A stretch of DNA of 64,000 nt, from contig RSEE01000047.1 of NCBI GenBank assembly GCA_003971905.1, positions 372,001 through 436,000 on the forward strand. Reading direction: 5' to 3'. Shown piece after piece: positions 37,583 to 51,531 of the stretch. The notes beneath the pieces were generated by a model. The model worked only from the letters and a program-made list of their open reading frames with translations. It had not been told where the DNA came from and did not search any database. Position numbers and translations under genes: made by a program. Source of the stretch: Moniliella sp. 'wahieum'. Taxonomy: Eukaryota. The first letter of the stretch is position 1. Each line of letters starts with the position of its first letter.

Positions 37583-37930
37583 ATGGCGCAGGTCGCAAAG
37601 CCCGAGCTGGAGCGCTACCTCGACAAGCAGGTGCGCATTGCCCTCCAGGGCGACCGCCAGGTCACCGGCACCCTGCGTGGGTACGACGTCTTCCTCAACC
37701 TCGTCATCGACAAGGCCGTCCAGCAGGTCCACCCGCCCGCGCCCAACGGCGGCGGCGGCCTCAACCAGCATGCCTGGGTCGACGCTGCGCCGTGCGGCAT
37801 GGTTGTACGTCCTGCCTTGCCTGCGCTGCTTGCGTGCCGCGGTCCCTGCTAACCCCATCTGCCCCAGGTCATCCGTGGCAACAGCGTCACCTCCATCGAG
37901 GGCCTCGAACCAGTACGGTCGAGGGTGTAA
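37583..37930 (+). CDS. SMX2: Small nuclear ribonucleoprotein G (SmG)
   Basis: KPELERYLDK...LQGDRQVTGTLRGYDVFLNLVID...GMV|VIRGNSVTSIEGLE; intron 37805-37867. Confidence 0.95.
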
Positions 37931-38044
37931 ACCAACCACGATACCACTGTCCTGTGTCCCACTCTACTTAAAAGTCACTTTCGCTGCTGCTGTAGCAGAA
38001 TTCCAGATGCGCATTTGTCTCGTACCCGCTAGTGTTGTCGTATA

Positions 38045-40451
38045 TTAGTCCGACTCCTCCTCCGACTCCTCCTCCGACTCCTCCTCCGACTCCTCCAGAA
38101 TCGACTCCAACACCTCTCTCCCCTGCCCACGCAGCTCCAACACCGCCTCTTCCGGCACCTTGGTCGTCTCGTTCCCACTGCCCTTGAGCCGTGCCGGCAG
38201 CGCCAGCAGCCGCTCCACCGACTCGTCCGGCACATTGGAGGCACGTGACTTGTACCATTGCATCAGACCTTCTTCGGTAATGATGCCCTGCTCCTCGTCC
38301 TCCTCGTCCTCCTCCCCTTCCTCCGCCGGGATCGCAAGGTTGTAGCAGCCCATCAGCAGTGGGCCGAACAGCGGGCGGAAGCCCGGCGTGACGGCACAGT
38401 AGGATTGCATGGCACTGATCGCAAACGTCTCTTCGCCCTCTGCGATCTTGGCCAAGACTGCCCCACTTTTGCAGCACACTGCCCAGCTCACGCAGGTCGG
38501 GCTTGGCCTGCTGCAGAATCCAGGTAAACACGACGGCGACCAACTCGCGCTGCTCCACATTCGATGCCATGCGTAACGTTGACAGTTCGATCGCCACATT
38601 TTCCTTGCGGTGACCCTCCTTCTGAGCGCGTTGGAGCGAAGCCAGCGCCTCTTGGTAAAAGTCATTGATCTTGTTCACCTCGGCTTGGGCCTCGGCCGCG
38701 GTCGCTTGGCCCTCAGTCACCGTCAGAGCCGCCTTGTCCTCCTCCGTAGGCGAGTCCGACGTATCACTCTCCTCGTCGGACGAAGATGCCAGCTCGCTGT
38801 CGCCATCAATCGACGACACATCCTCGTCGTCCGCTGGGCTCGGGCTCGCGCGTCCGATTTGCAAGTAAGACACATTGGTCCATGCTTCGATCGGATCTTC
38901 TTCCTCTTCCTCTTCCCTCTCCTCTTCATCGTCCGAATCGTCGACCGTATGGGAGGGCCAAATGTGACCTACGCCCCCTGTGCCGAGCTGGGCAGACGCA
39001 GGCTCGTCCTTGCTCGAGCGCCCGAGGTAGGCGCCATAGGAAATCCGCCCCACCCGCGTAAACGGCGGGAGAGAAACGCCATCGCCCACCACGCAACCAT
39101 CCGCCACCACGCACCCACGGCCCAGCCGTACCCCCGTGCCCACCCGCACCTTGTCTCCCAGAATCACATGGTCCATCTCCACCTTGTCCCCGATCACCAC
39201 GCCCGACCAGAGGTAGGAATGGGCAATGCGGCACTGATTCCCCACCTGGGTATGGTCCCCCAGGATGGAATGGGAAATGGACGTGTGCTTGCCAACCCGT
39301 GCGTCGCGGCCCAAGACGGTGGCCTTTCCAATGTCGGTCGAGAGACTGAGGTACACGCCCGGCGCTTGGTACCGCCCGGCCGGGTAGGCAGTGAAGCTGC
39401 CGTCGTGGCCGGGCAAGTACCCGCCCGGACCGAGGGGCGTGATCCACTTGCCGATAATGTCCTTGGCCACCACATCGTACGTCTTGGTATCCCGTACGCG
39501 CATGTGGTACCCCCACCCGCGCCCGATGCGCGTGTCCCACGCCACAGGCGCACGGGGCAGGAGCGCGCTGGGCGCGGCCGTGCCCAGCGGTGACGCCGGC
39601 GCAACGTGCAAGAAAATCTTGGCAGTCAAAATTTCCGACGTGAGGATGCCCGGGACAAAGTCGCGACGCAGTTGTTGGTAGTCAAAGTTTTCCGTAAACA
39701 GTGGTGGCACATCCACACTGCACACGTCCACCCCGCAATCCACCAGATCGTTGCGCACTTCCACATCTGCCGTGCCCTCGTCCGCATCAAACAGCCGCAC
39801 AGGGAGCACCATGCTCGTCTTGTGCGGCACGGCCGGGATGGACTCGTAGTGCACCAGCTCGTGCGTGAGCGGATTGATGACCATCAAACTCCGGTCGCCG
39901 GCCGGTCGGCGCGTACTGTCGCCGCTGGCACCCATCGTGCACAGTGTCAAGATCGCATCTTTATCGGCCTTGCGTCGTTCCTTGTGGATCCGCACCACCT
40001 CTTCCAAATCCAAGTTGCCCACCCCATCTGCATGCACCAGCAGGAAATCCGTCTTGATCAGCTTGGCATTGTCCAGCTCGCGCATTGCGTCGCCGACGCT
40101 CATTGCGCTCGGGATGGGCACGACGGTGATTCCCTTGCGACCAGCGACATGCGCTTTGATTTGGTCCGGAAAGGATCGGACAAGGATAAATGTATGCTCC
40201 ACCTGGGCCATCGATAACGCTTCCAACGTCCAGTCCAGCAAAGGCACCCCGACCAGCGGCACCAACGCCCGTGGCCGCTCAGCCGTCAAGGGCAGCATGC
40301 GCCCATTGAACGAGTCGGCCAACACGACGGCCACCAGCGCCTCCTCCTCCTCCCCGTCCTTCTTGCGCGCAAGCTTGGACTTGGCGTTGGCGCCCTTGGC
40401 TCCTGCCTTGGGCTTGGACACCGACTTGCCTGGCTTGCCCTTGGCTTGCAT
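38045..40451 (-). CDS. GCD6: Translation initiation factor eIF2B epsilon
   Basis: AVVLADSF..RMLPLT, RNDLVDCGVDVCS, FTENFDYQ, hexapeptide LbH repeats, W2 domain ending LEESEEESEEESEEESD; one frameshift ~38460. Confidence 0.96.
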
Positions 40452-40814
40452 CGGTGGTGGGTGTGGTCCGAGCTGGGACGAGTGGTGACTCGGGACGAGA
40501 GCAGGCTGGCTGAGTGGGTTGCCTGGCGCAGCGCTCGCCTGCTCGCTGCCAGCCTAAAAATCCTCCCAGCCCAGCTGTTCCGCACCCCACCCCAATTCCG
40601 CCAGTTGGCCCCCCGCCGCTCGGACAGGGCGACGAGTAACGAGTAAACTAAGTGCGCACTCTAAGTGGGCCCTGAAATTAAATGATCGAATCAGAGATCT
40701 GATGTCAATCAGGTCAGATGCGTTCGCTTGTCTTTCCTCTCCATCCCCCCGCCTCCCCCTCCACCACCCCTTGCGGACTGCACTCGTACCCGCGGACCCG
40801 GTAACCGTTGCACG

Positions 40815-41716
40815 ATGGCACCGAAGAGTACGTTTTCGTTTCTTCCCCTCGGTCCTTCGCCACGCGCGCGGGACCCGTCCGGGTGCCCACTGACCCTCCC
40901 CCCCCGCTACCTTATTAATAGCCAACTCCAAAGCTGCCGCGGGCCGAGCGCGCAAGCAAGAGCAATCCGACAAGAAGCAGGCGCGGCAGCGCAGGCCGAA
41001 GCGGCCGAGGCGGCCAAGTGGGAGCAAGGCGCCAAGAAGGGCAAAAGTGCCGGGGAGAGCAAAGCGGAAAGGCGGCGGAAGCGGCACGGAAAAAGGCCGA
41101 ACGCGAACGTCTCTTGGCCGAGGAAGAAGCTTCCTTGCCCTCCCACGTCAAGGCCAACCCCAAAGCAGGCGGTAAGAAAAGGGTCAGGCTCAGGGTCAGC
41201 TGGCGCGCCTGCCAAGCCGTCTGCCAGGGAACTGGGATCGACGATATGATCACCCAGCTGTCCGCGGCCAACATTGACGATGCGCTGGACGCGCTGGATG
41301 TGGTGAATGAAAAGACGGGGGATAAGGCGGCGATGGGGTCCAAGGCGGCCATGGTGGATGCCCACCCGGAACGACGGTTCAAAGCTGCGCTCGAGGCGTA
41401 CAAGGAGCGCGAGTACCAGAGCGCACGCAAGGAAAACCCCGGCTTGCGCAAGACTCAGATTGACGACATTCTCTACAAGCAGTTCATCGTATGTATCGTT
41501 TATTTGCTCTTTTTGATTTTTTGGGGGAGGGGGGGGGGGGGAGGGGGGAGGGGTTCCTGCAGTGAGGAGGAGTGGGACTGACGATGGTGCGTGCGCAGAA
41601 ATCCTCCGAAAACCCTTTCAACCAGCTCATGTCGCATACGATGCCGACAAGGCGACCAAGCTGGAAGCTCTGCAGCAAAAGCGCGACCAGACCATCCAGC
41701 GCCTCGGGGCAACTAA
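40815..41716 (+). CDS. CCDC124/Lso2/Oxs1 family (DUF1014) protein
   Basis: NSKAAAGRARK, AKWEQGAK, AANIDDALDAL, DAHPERRFKAALEAY, ENPGLRK, KSSENPFNQ; two introns. Confidence 0.92.
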
Positions 41717-42116
41717 CCTGCTCGTTGTCCTGTTGTGCTGATGATGAGATGGTTCTGCTAGGATGCGTGTGTGGAGGATGTGGTGGTGTGTAGTGTGCAG
41801 TTGCTCTTATTACCTGGGCTGGAAGATGTGGCGCTGCTCGCCAGGCGGACTACTGACGGCTTCGAGAGGGTACTAAGTACTAAATGCGGCTGGCCGATGG
41901 GAAAAAAGTTTGACAGAGAATGTGGGACCAAGACTGGCGCTGCGCTGCGCTTCGACCGCACTTTCTTCCCGCTAGCATTCGCATTCCGCGCGCGCCCTCC
42001 CGCGAGGCCCGCCGAGCGTGGGACGCGTTGTCTTCTTTTGGTGCGCCACCCCTCCCTCGCCGCTTCCTGCCCTAGCTCTTGCTCCTCTCCCTTGTCGCTG
42101 GAAGCACCCGTTCAAG

Positions 42117-43768
42117 ATGAGTGCGCTGGAGATGATCAACCCCCGTGCGGAGGCCGTGCGCCGCGAGCAGGCGCTGCAGGTCAACATTGCCGGAGCCGTG
42201 GGGCTGGCGAACGTGGTGCGCTCCAACCTGGGCCCCCGCGGGACGATCAAGTTGCTGGTGGATGGTAGTGGCAACCTCAAGATGACCAAGGACGGCAAGG
42301 TGCTTTTGACCGAGATGCAGATCCAGAACCCGACCGCAGCCATGATCGCCAAGGCAGCGGTGGCGCAGGACGAAACGTGCGGCGACGGGACAACGTCGGT
42401 GGTGTTGTTGGTGGGCGAGCTGCTAAAGCAAGCGGAACGGTACGTGACTGACGACCGGCTGCACCCGCGCGTCCTGAGCGAAGGGTACGATGTAGCCAAG
42501 ACGGCAGTACTGGAGTACCTGGAAAAGGTGCGGGTGGCACCAACGATGGACCGGGCCACGCTGGTGAGTGTGGCGCAAACGTCGTTGGGCACCAAGCTGC
42601 GTGGCAAGCTGGCCAAGCAACTCGCTGCCGACGTGGTGGATGCCGTGCTGGCCATTAAGCAGGAGAACGAACCGATTGATCTGCACATGGTTGAGATTCT
42701 CAAGATGGTGCACAAGTCTGAGACGGACACCCAATTGGTCCGCGGCCTGGTCCTGGACCACGGCGCGCGCCACGCCGACATGCCGCGCCGGGTGGAAAAC
42801 GCATACGTGTTGACGCTCAATGTCAGTCTTGAGTACGAGAAGACGGAGGTCAACTCGGGCTTCTTTTACTCCTCGGCCGAGCAGCGCGAGAAGCTGGTGG
42901 AAAGCGAGCGGCGGTTTGTGGATGCCAAGGTGCGCAAGATTATTGAGTTTAAGCGCGCCGTGTGCGACGAGCCGGCCAAGGCGGACCCGTCGGCTCCCAA
43001 GAAGAACTTTGTCATCTTTAACCAAAAGGGCATTGACCCGCTCTCGCTCGACATGCTCGCCAAGGATGGCATCCTCGCCCTCCGCCGCGCCAAGCGGCGC
43101 AACATGGAACGTCTCCAGCTCGCCTGCGGCGGCGAGGCGCAGAACTCGGTGGAGGACTTGAAGCCTGAAGTTGGGCTACGCGGGTCTGGTCTACGAGCAA
43201 ACACTGGGCGAGGAGAAGTTTACGTTTGTAGAAAAAGTGGAGCACCCCAAGAGTGTCACCCTGCTCATCCGCGCCCCCAACGCGCACACACACTCAGCAA
43301 ATCCAAGATGCCCTGCGCGACGGGCTGCGCGCGACCAAGAATGCCATCGAGGACAAGGCGCTCATCCCGGGCGGCGGCGCGTTCGAGGTGGGCGCGGCAC
43401 GCTACCTGCGGCACGTGTCCACCAAGAAGGCCAAGGGCAAGGCCAAGCTCGGCGTCACCGCCTTTGCCGAGGCGCTGCTGGTCACGCCCAAGACGCTCGC
43501 GGTCAACTCGGGGCTGGAGCAGCTGGACACGCTCGTCGCGCTCGAGGACGAGGCGGCAGCGGCGGCGGAGGAGCAGGACACGTTCGCTACCCCGACGATT
43601 GGCCTGGACGTGGCGACGGGCGAGCCGGCGGACATGGCGGCGCTGGGCGTGTGGGACAACTACCGCGTCAAACGCAACCTGCTGCATGCGGCAAGCGTGA
43701 TTGCCACCCAGATCCTCGCCACCGACACCATCCTCCGCGCGGGGCGGACGAGCCTCAAGGGGCCGTAG
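42117..43768 (+). CDS. CCT6: Chaperonin CCT/TRiC subunit zeta
   Basis: [56 protein letters not shown]; frameshifts at ~43170 and ~43290. Confidence 0.97.
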
Positions 43769-44016
43769 CGCGATGATTTGAATGCACGTGTGGAGTACCG
43801 AGTACTGATTGGTGCAGGAGACTGTAGGATGCCAGGCGGTAGAATGAAAATTTGCAACGTTGCCAGACAAAACCCAGCATTCCGCCCGGTGCTTCTGCGT
43901 TCCGCGGGCAGGCAGGCGGTTCAGCTGCTCTGGCGCCCAACCCGCCACCGTCTGGCCCACCAGCGTCTAACGTCTAACCGTCTAGCCGTCTAGCCGTCTC
44001 GCCCGCACCGATCGAG

Positions 44017-45589
44017 ATGTACAGTCAGGACGATCTGTACGGCGCGCCCTACAGCGCGCCGAATCCCTCGCGTCCACCGCCCCCCCCGGCGCCTACGTCT
44101 GCGCCTGCCAGTGCGCCCCGCGCCCCGCTCCCCCCCGCCGCGGGCCCTCGGCCCGAGCGACGCGCGGTGCGCAATGCAGCCGCCTTTGCGTCCGACTACG
44201 ATGAAGGGTAAGTACTAGTCGTGTAACTAGCCGCGTTTGTTTTCTGTGTCGTCTCTTGTCCCCTGCACCCCCTCCCCCCACCCCCAGCCCTGAGCGTGCG
44301 GGACAGACAGGTAGGGGCAGACAGCTAGGTGCACGGGTCGTGCTGTCGTACTCTTCGGCGTCGTACCGACGTGCCAATGCATCGTTCGGACTGGTCTGAC
44401 TCATGCTTGTTTGTTTGCTTTGGTTTGGTTGTGGACAGCAAGATGTTTATTGGAGGCTTGAACTGGGATACGACCGACGAGTCGTTGCACAAGTACTTTG
44501 AACAGTTTGGCCCCGTGTCGTCCTGCGTCATCATGCGCGAGGGCGGCACGGGCAAGTCGCGTGGATTTGCCTTTCTCACGTTCGAAGACCCAGCGTCGGT
44601 CAACGAAGTGATGGGCCGAGAACATTTTCTCGACGGAAAAATTGTAGGTCCCCCCTGACATGGCCCTAGGCTTTTTGCGGCGACATGCGGCGTGCGACGT
44701 GCGACGTGCGACATGCAATCGACCAGACCCAAGTACTGACTGCCACGGACTGTTCCCTTGCCTCAGATCGATCCCAAACGCGCCATCCCGCGCCCGGACC
44801 AAGCTCGCACGCAAAAGTGCTTTGTCGGCGGAGTGCCGCAAACGGCGACCCAAGAGTCGTTCCGCAAACTATTTGAACGCTATGGCCAAGTACTCAACTC
44901 GACCGTCATGATGGACAACGAGACGGGCCGGCCACGCGGATTCGCATTTGTCACCTACGCCGACGATGCTAGTGTGGATCGCTGTCTGGCCGACGCGCCG
45001 CTCAACTACCAAGGCTCGCTGGTACGTTCCCTTCTTTGCTGACGACTGTTTGTGGCTCCGTTTTTCGCGTGCGGGCATGCTGACTTTAGCGAACCCAGTT
45101 GGACATCAAACGTGCCTCGGCCAAAAACGACGGGTTTGACATGGGATCCAACTTTCGTGGGCCCCCGCGCGGTGCTCCGCGGGGCGGCGCGCGACCTGCA
45201 TGGGGCGCACCAAGAGGAGCTGGCGGATGGGGGGTCGCCCAGGCTACGACGGGTACGGCGGCGACGAGTATTCCGCTCCGCCCATGCCCGCTGCGCCTCC
45301 GCCCCCCATGCCATTTGACGCTGCGACTATGGCCCAGGTCTTCTCTTCGCTCGGGTACGGCACGCCGCGATGGAACCCCGCCGGCGCCTGGGCGCACATC
45401 CAGAGCTTGCTCCCTGCTTGGGGCGCTCCTCCTCCGCTCGCCGGGCCGCCTGGCATGTTGGGCGCCGCGCCGCCGGCTTGGGGACCACCCGTGCCCGCCG
45501 GCTCGCCAGCTTGGGGCGGATACGACCGCCAGCGCGAACGGTCGCCTCCGCGCGGCGAGCCGTACTACGCCCGGGCAGAGCGGTACTGA
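44017..45589 (+). CDS. HRP1: Two-RRM hnRNP A/B-type protein (Hrp1/Musashi-like)
   Basis: KMFIGGLNWDTT, KSRGFAFLTF, IDPKRAIPR, KCFVGGV, RPRGFAFVTY; RGG/Pro-rich tail; at least three introns; 3' end may be spliced further. Confidence 0.88.
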
Positions 45590-46295
45590 TATCGTGTCGT
45601 ACTGCGTGCTCCCTATCCGCCCTTGGCATCCTGTCCTTTTTTGCAGTGCTGTTCCGTTCTTGTGTGCTTGCTCTGGCCTGTGAGCCTGTGACCCATGCGA
45701 CCCAACCACGGCGCGTTTGTTCTTGTACCCTCTCTCTGCCCGCCACGCCCGCCCGGCGCTTGCTCGCCCCTTGCGTTTCCCACGCAACCCATCGGGGCGT
45801 GCTGGATGAACAACCGATCCAATTTCCATGTCCAGCAACCAAGCCAGCGGTGGCAATAGGCCGTGCTCCCCCCAACAGAAGGTGGTAGTCGTCCGATAGG
45901 TTGTTATGGGATGCGTGTCAGACAGAGAGAACCGCAGGGCGGCGGGTGAGGCAGCGCGCTAGTCAGTAGGACCGGTCGACGGTAGGATTATCTGCCAACC
46001 AAAACGTAACACATCTCGTTCCCCATAGATCAAGGCACCGGAGGGATGGTCTGGGATGGAGCACTTAGGACAGAGTGGCTTCATATCCATAGCAGCACAT
46101 AGTAAGCGTCACGTGCATCCTATGGAGTCGGTGCAACGAGCCAACGCGCTCAGTGGGTATTCCCGCTCTCGCAGCTCCCCACATGCTCTCCCTCCAGCAG
46201 CAACACTCCAAAACCCGCCGGGTCTGCTCCACCACCACCACCACCACCTCCTCCTCCTCCTCCTCCTGACCGCGCAAGCGGGCGCCAGGGCAGAC

Positions 46296-48460
46296 ATGTC
46301 AGACGCGGATGTAGATGCGACGCCCCATGTGGGGCATGGACAACGACAAGCTTCGCTCCCGCTTCCAGGAGGAGCTCTCGCCTCCTCTCGCTGCCACCCC
46401 GCGTCTTCACACCTCCTCCCCCGACGACCCAGGCTACCCCATCTTTGCTGGCGACCTGCCCTGGTCACAGCGGTCCTGGATGTACCAATTCCGCCCGTTC
46501 CGCGGCATGTACTACGATGTGCGCCGCCGTCTGCCTCTCTATCGCTCCGACTGGACCAGCGCCTGTGCGCCGCGCAACTGGTACACTCTTCTCGACTCGA
46601 CTGTGCGCATGTACTTTATCAAGTACGTTGTGTTTCCTGCATTGGCTGTACGTGTTCGCATGGTTAACGTGAGCACCCAGCCTCATGCCGGCTATTGCAT
46701 ATGTCCTCGACATGAACCACCGCACGCATGGCGTGTACGGTGTGAACGAAGTTATCCTTGCTAGCGCTTTGGCCGCCATCGTCTTCCCCATCTTTGGGTG
46801 CCAGCCTCTGACCTTTGTGGGTGTGACGGGGCTGATCAATCTGTGCAATTACACCATGTACAATGTCACAGTCCATCATTGGGGGTTTGACCATCTCCAT
46901 TACCTGCGCTTTCAGGCATGGATGCTCATCTGGGCCGCTGGCTTCTTGTTTGCCGGAGCAGCGCTCAACATGTCGGACTATACCCGTTTCATCACCGACA
47001 TGACCTCACAGACCTTTGGCTTTTATGTGGGCGTCGTCTACATTCAGAAGGGGATCGAGCTGCTGATCAATGAATTCGAGCCCAGCCCGAGACAATGCGA
47101 CCGGTTGGCTGTCGGTGACGATTGCCATTTTGTTCACCGTCAGCGTCTACCTTGTTTCGGCGGTAGGCAGAACCTCCTTTCTTCCCTTCCGTGTCCGAAT
47201 GGGGATCGGCTCCTACGCTTTTACTGCCGGCTGCATTTTTTGGACGGGCTTCTCGCATTTCCCGCACGGGTCCTTAAAACAGGTGCCGTTGGAACGGGTA
47301 CCGATCACTCGCTCTTGGTTCCCTACCATGGACCGCGGTTGGTTTGTCGATTTCTGGCACATTGATGTCAAGTGGGTCTTTGTTGCTGCCCCTTTGGCTT
47401 TCTTGTCATGCTTCTCTTCTACTTTGACCACAATGTTAGCTCTGTCATGGCTCAGGCGCGTCAATTCCCCGTTCGAACGCCAGCAGGCTTCCATTGGGAC
47501 ATGGCTGTCCTCGCTGCCACCACTCTCTCTCTGGCTTTCTCGGGCTTCCTGCTCCGAATGGACTCGTGCCCCAAGCGCCGGAACATACCGACTCTCTCGA
47601 TCTATGCACAGGTGGACCAGGCCCACCACCACCACCACCCTAGTTTGAATCAGGCACAGCGCCGCTCAACCGAAGAACCATCGTATGCCGAGCTAAAGCG
47701 CATTCGCACCGTCCAAATGGAACAATGTGTCGGCTCCCTCCCTGCCGGCCCCCGTTCCGCCCCTCAGGAGATCCGCAACGTGCGTGTGGTCGAGCAACGA
47801 GTTTCTCACCTCGCCATTGGCGCCTTGACCCTGGCCACCATGACACGTCCTTTCCTCGTATGCCTTGGGCTCATGCCGCGCGCCGTGTTTGCCGGCGTCT
47901 TTCTCCTGGTCGGATGGGGGTCGATTGAGCAGAACCATTTGGTCCAACGCGCTCTCGCCCTGGTCCAAGACCGCACCATGGCCGACCCTTCCAACCCCCT
48001 GTTGAGGGTCCGGCGACGTAAGATTTTTCTCTTCACCGCCATCCAATGGACCTTTTTCGGTATGACCATCGCCATCTCCCAAACCCTGGCCGGACTCGGG
48101 TTCCCCGTGATCATCCTCCTGTTAATCCCGGTACGGTACTACCTTCTTCCCAGGTGGTTCTCGCCCCCGGAACTGGCCATCCTCGACTCGCCCACCGCCG
48201 ATGCCCCCGCCGTACTATCTAGTCTCGGACACGAACCCGAACGCGTCACGGGCATCGGTGTCCCAGTTGCCCTCGATACGGGACTGGCCGGAACCGAGTG
48301 GGGCAAAGCCCCTTGGCCTCCCGCCCCTTCGTCCGCCACCGTCGCTGTCGCTACCGGCTTGAGGCGCTTTGATTCGGCCTCCACCACTGCGCCTGGCCAC
48401 CGGGCTGCCCCTGGCTCAGGGCCTGCCCCCCACTCCCCGCCCGAAGAGGAGGAGGCTTGA
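46296..48460 (+). CDS. BOR1: SLC4/HCO3- cotransporter family anion exchanger (Bor1-like)
   Basis: PFRGMYYDVRRRLPLYRSDW, GCQPLTFVGVTG, LFYFDHNVSS, GFHWD, VVEQRVSHL, MPRAVFAGVF; start approximate. Confidence 0.9.
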
Positions 48461-48921
48461 AGCGTGAAGCTTCGCTGCGATCGTACGCAGTGTTGTACCC
48501 GTCGAAGCAAAGCGACTCGGCTGCGCGATCTGCTTCCATATGCCATTGCTATCTTGTTGTCCTGCCGATGAGCGACCCAGTCAAGGCGCTCCCAATGCAT
48601 TCTTGTTGTTCTTGCCAAGGAGAGTGACATCTACAGGAGGAATCAGCACCCAACAGCGGCGCCAACCCCACCAGGCACACGACCAATTTTTGTAGCTACA
48701 CCCTGGTGCTGATAACCATGCCCTGAAACACATGTCACGTGCCGCACGCCCCCTCCCCGGCTTGTCAGCGGAACAGGCGGAATGGAATTTCCGCGTGACT
48801 CAGAGCGGCAGGAACAACCAACGGCTCGACGACATCAGCCCTGGCTTTGCTTGGCGTGCAGCCCATCCCCATCTCCATCCCCACCACCCTCCATCCCCAT
48901 CCCCATCCCCCTCCCACCACC

Positions 48922-51224
48922 ATGTCTGCGCCTGAGCCCGCGCCCTCGGCCCCCGCAGCTGCGGCTGCCCAGGTCGCCGACCTGGCCAAGATGTCGGCGA
49001 GAAGCTCGGCCTTGCCCCATCCAACTCCTGCCGCCCCGGACGCTGCCAAGAAGGCGCCCAAGCCCAAGAAGGAGGGCAAGAAGAAGGACAAGGAGGCGCT
49101 GCCCGAGGTACGTTGGTTTCTCCTCTGCTCCATTCCTCCCCTGTCTGCTCACACCACTGCCCACCAGGCCCAACCGGTCCACCCTTCGTACCTCGACAAG
49201 CGCATCGAGCTCTTTGAAAAGGCCAAGGCCGAGCGCGATGCGTATGTCGCTGCCCAGCCGCGCAAGGAGATTGTCGTGACGCTTCCGGATGGGAGCAGCC
49301 GCGTTGCTACGGCATGGGAGACGAGCCCAATGGACATTGCAAAGCAATCTCCAAGTCATTGTCGGAGAAGATTGTGATTGCCAAAGTGGATGGGCAACTG
49401 TGGGACTTGGAACGTCCGTTTGAAGGGCCTGCATCGCTCGAGCTGCTCGACTTTGACCACCCAGAGGGAAAACGTGTGTTTTGGCACTCGTCTGCTCACG
49501 TTTTGGGTGAGGCGGCGGAACTGCTGTACGGCTGCCACCTCTGCATTGGCCCTCCGACCGACGATGGCTTTTTCTACGAAATGGCCATGGGCGACTCGGC
49601 CGATCGGGCCGCGTGACCCGCCAGGAAGACTTCCCCGCGTTGGAGAAGCTGACGACCAAGGCAATCAAGGAGAAACAGGCGTTTGAGCGGGTGGTGCTGC
49701 CCAAGGAAAAACTGCTGGAGATGTTTGCGTACAACAAGTACAAGCAGCACATCATCAAGGACAAAATCCCCGATGGCACTTCCACCACCGTCTACCGCTG
49801 CGGCCCCATGATCGATCTCTGTGTCGGCCCGCACATCCCCCATACGGGACGCATCAAGGCCCTGTCGGTGCTGAAGAACTCGGCGTCGTACTTCCTCGGA
49901 GACCAGAACAATGACTCACTCCAACGGCTGTACGGCATCTCATTCCCTGACAATGCGCGCATGAAGGAGTACAAGAAATGGCTCGAAGAGGCAGCCAAGC
50001 GGGACCACCGCAAGATTGGCAAGGAGCAAGAGCTTTTCTTTTTCCACGACATGAGTCCTGGCTCCGCGTTCTGGTTGCCGCACGGGGCGCGGATCTACGA
50101 GAAACTGATGACGCTGATGAAGCAGGAGTACCAAAGCGTGGCTTCACCGAGGTTGGCACCCCCAACATGTTTAACGCCAAGCTGTGGGAGACGTCGGGTC
50201 ACTGGGCCAACTACAAGGACGATATGTTTACGCTGCCAGTGGAGAAGGAGACGTTTGCGCTCAAGCCGATGAACTGCCCGGGCCACTGCTTGGTTTATGC
50301 GCATCGCGACCGTTCGTACCGCGAACTGCCCCTGCGTCTGGCCGAGTTTGGCGTGATCCACCGGAACGAGGCATCGGGTGCGTTGAGTGGCCTGACGCGT
50401 GTCCGGCGCTTTGTGCAAGACGACGCGCACATTTTCTGCATGGCGTCCCAGATTGAAGAGGAGATGGCCAACTGCTTTGCCTTCCTCGAGAACATTTATG
50501 GCAAGTTTGGCTTCTCGTTCAAGCTCGGCCTGTCGACCCGTCCCGAGAAGAAGTACATTGGGGAGCTGGCGGTATGGGACGCGGCCGAAGCACGGCTCAA
50601 GTCGGCGCTGAACAAGTTTGTGCCGAACCAGTGGGTGGTGAACGAGGGCGATGGCGCATTTTACGGACCCAAGATTGACATTGAGATCAAGGATGCCATG
50701 GGCCGCGAGTTCCAGTGCGCCACGATCCAACTCGACTTTAACCTGCCCAACCGGTTTGACCTCAAGTTCCGCGCGCTCCCGGGCCAAGGCACCCTCGACG
50801 GCGGCAACTTTGATCGGCCCGTCATGATCCACCGTGCCATCCTCGGCTCGCTCGAGCGGTTCATTGCCATCCTCACCGAACACTTTGCGGGCAAGTGGCC
50901 CTTCTGGCTCAGCCCACGGCAGGTGATGGTGGTGCCCGTGTCGGTGGACAACTATGCGTATGCGCAGCAGGTGGCCGACAAGCTCCATGACGAGGGCAAG
51001 TTTTATGCCGATGTCGACGTGACCGACAACACGCTCAAGAAGAAGATCTTCAATGCCGAAAAGGCACAGTACAACTTTATCCTCGTCGTCGGTGCGCGCG
51101 AGGCGGAGACCAACGGTCAACGTGCGCGCCAACGGAAGGAGGTGGCGCACTCGTTGGAGGACACGCTGCAGGCCATGCTGCGTCTGTCCCAGAACCAGGG
51201 CTGGAGAACGTGCTGGACATTTAA
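48922..51224 (+). CDS. THS1: Threonyl-tRNA synthetase, cytosolic
   Basis: TGS domain (WDLERP), [68 protein letters not shown]; intron 49108-49167. Confidence 0.97.
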
Positions 51225-51436
51225 TGTGCATCGCATCGCATTGCATCCCGCCACGTCAATCGCATGCCTTTCCATCTTACCTCCTCATCTTGCTAATGGC
51301 GTTGTGCGGTCGATATGGGATAGGGACAGTGGAGGAAAGAGGACGTGCGATTTAAGTCAAAGACCATTTCCACGTAGCCCACCTCAAACAGGATCCAAGG
51401 TGCTTGCTCTCCTGCATCGACAGCAAAATATCAAAA

Positions 51437-51531
51437 TGCTTCAAAGGGGAATCGAACCCCTGTCACATCGATGTCTCACAGGCACTAGGGCTGTCTGGCA
51501 ACGATGTAGTATACCACTAACCCATTGAAGC
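51437..51531 (-). tRNA. tRNA-Gly(GCC) with 24-nt intron
   Basis: Acceptor stem GCTTCAA/TTGAAGC, anticodon arm CATCG-TTGCCA[intron]T-CGATG, T-arm AGGGG-TTCGATT-CCCCT, followed by TTTT. Confidence 0.93.

Noticed and set aside
1814..51246. Long antisense or overlapping ORFs (e.g. 1814-3052, 5749-6960, 36502-37971, 50095-51246)
   Set aside because: Shadow ORFs expected from high GC3 codon bias opposite real genes; no independent motifs.
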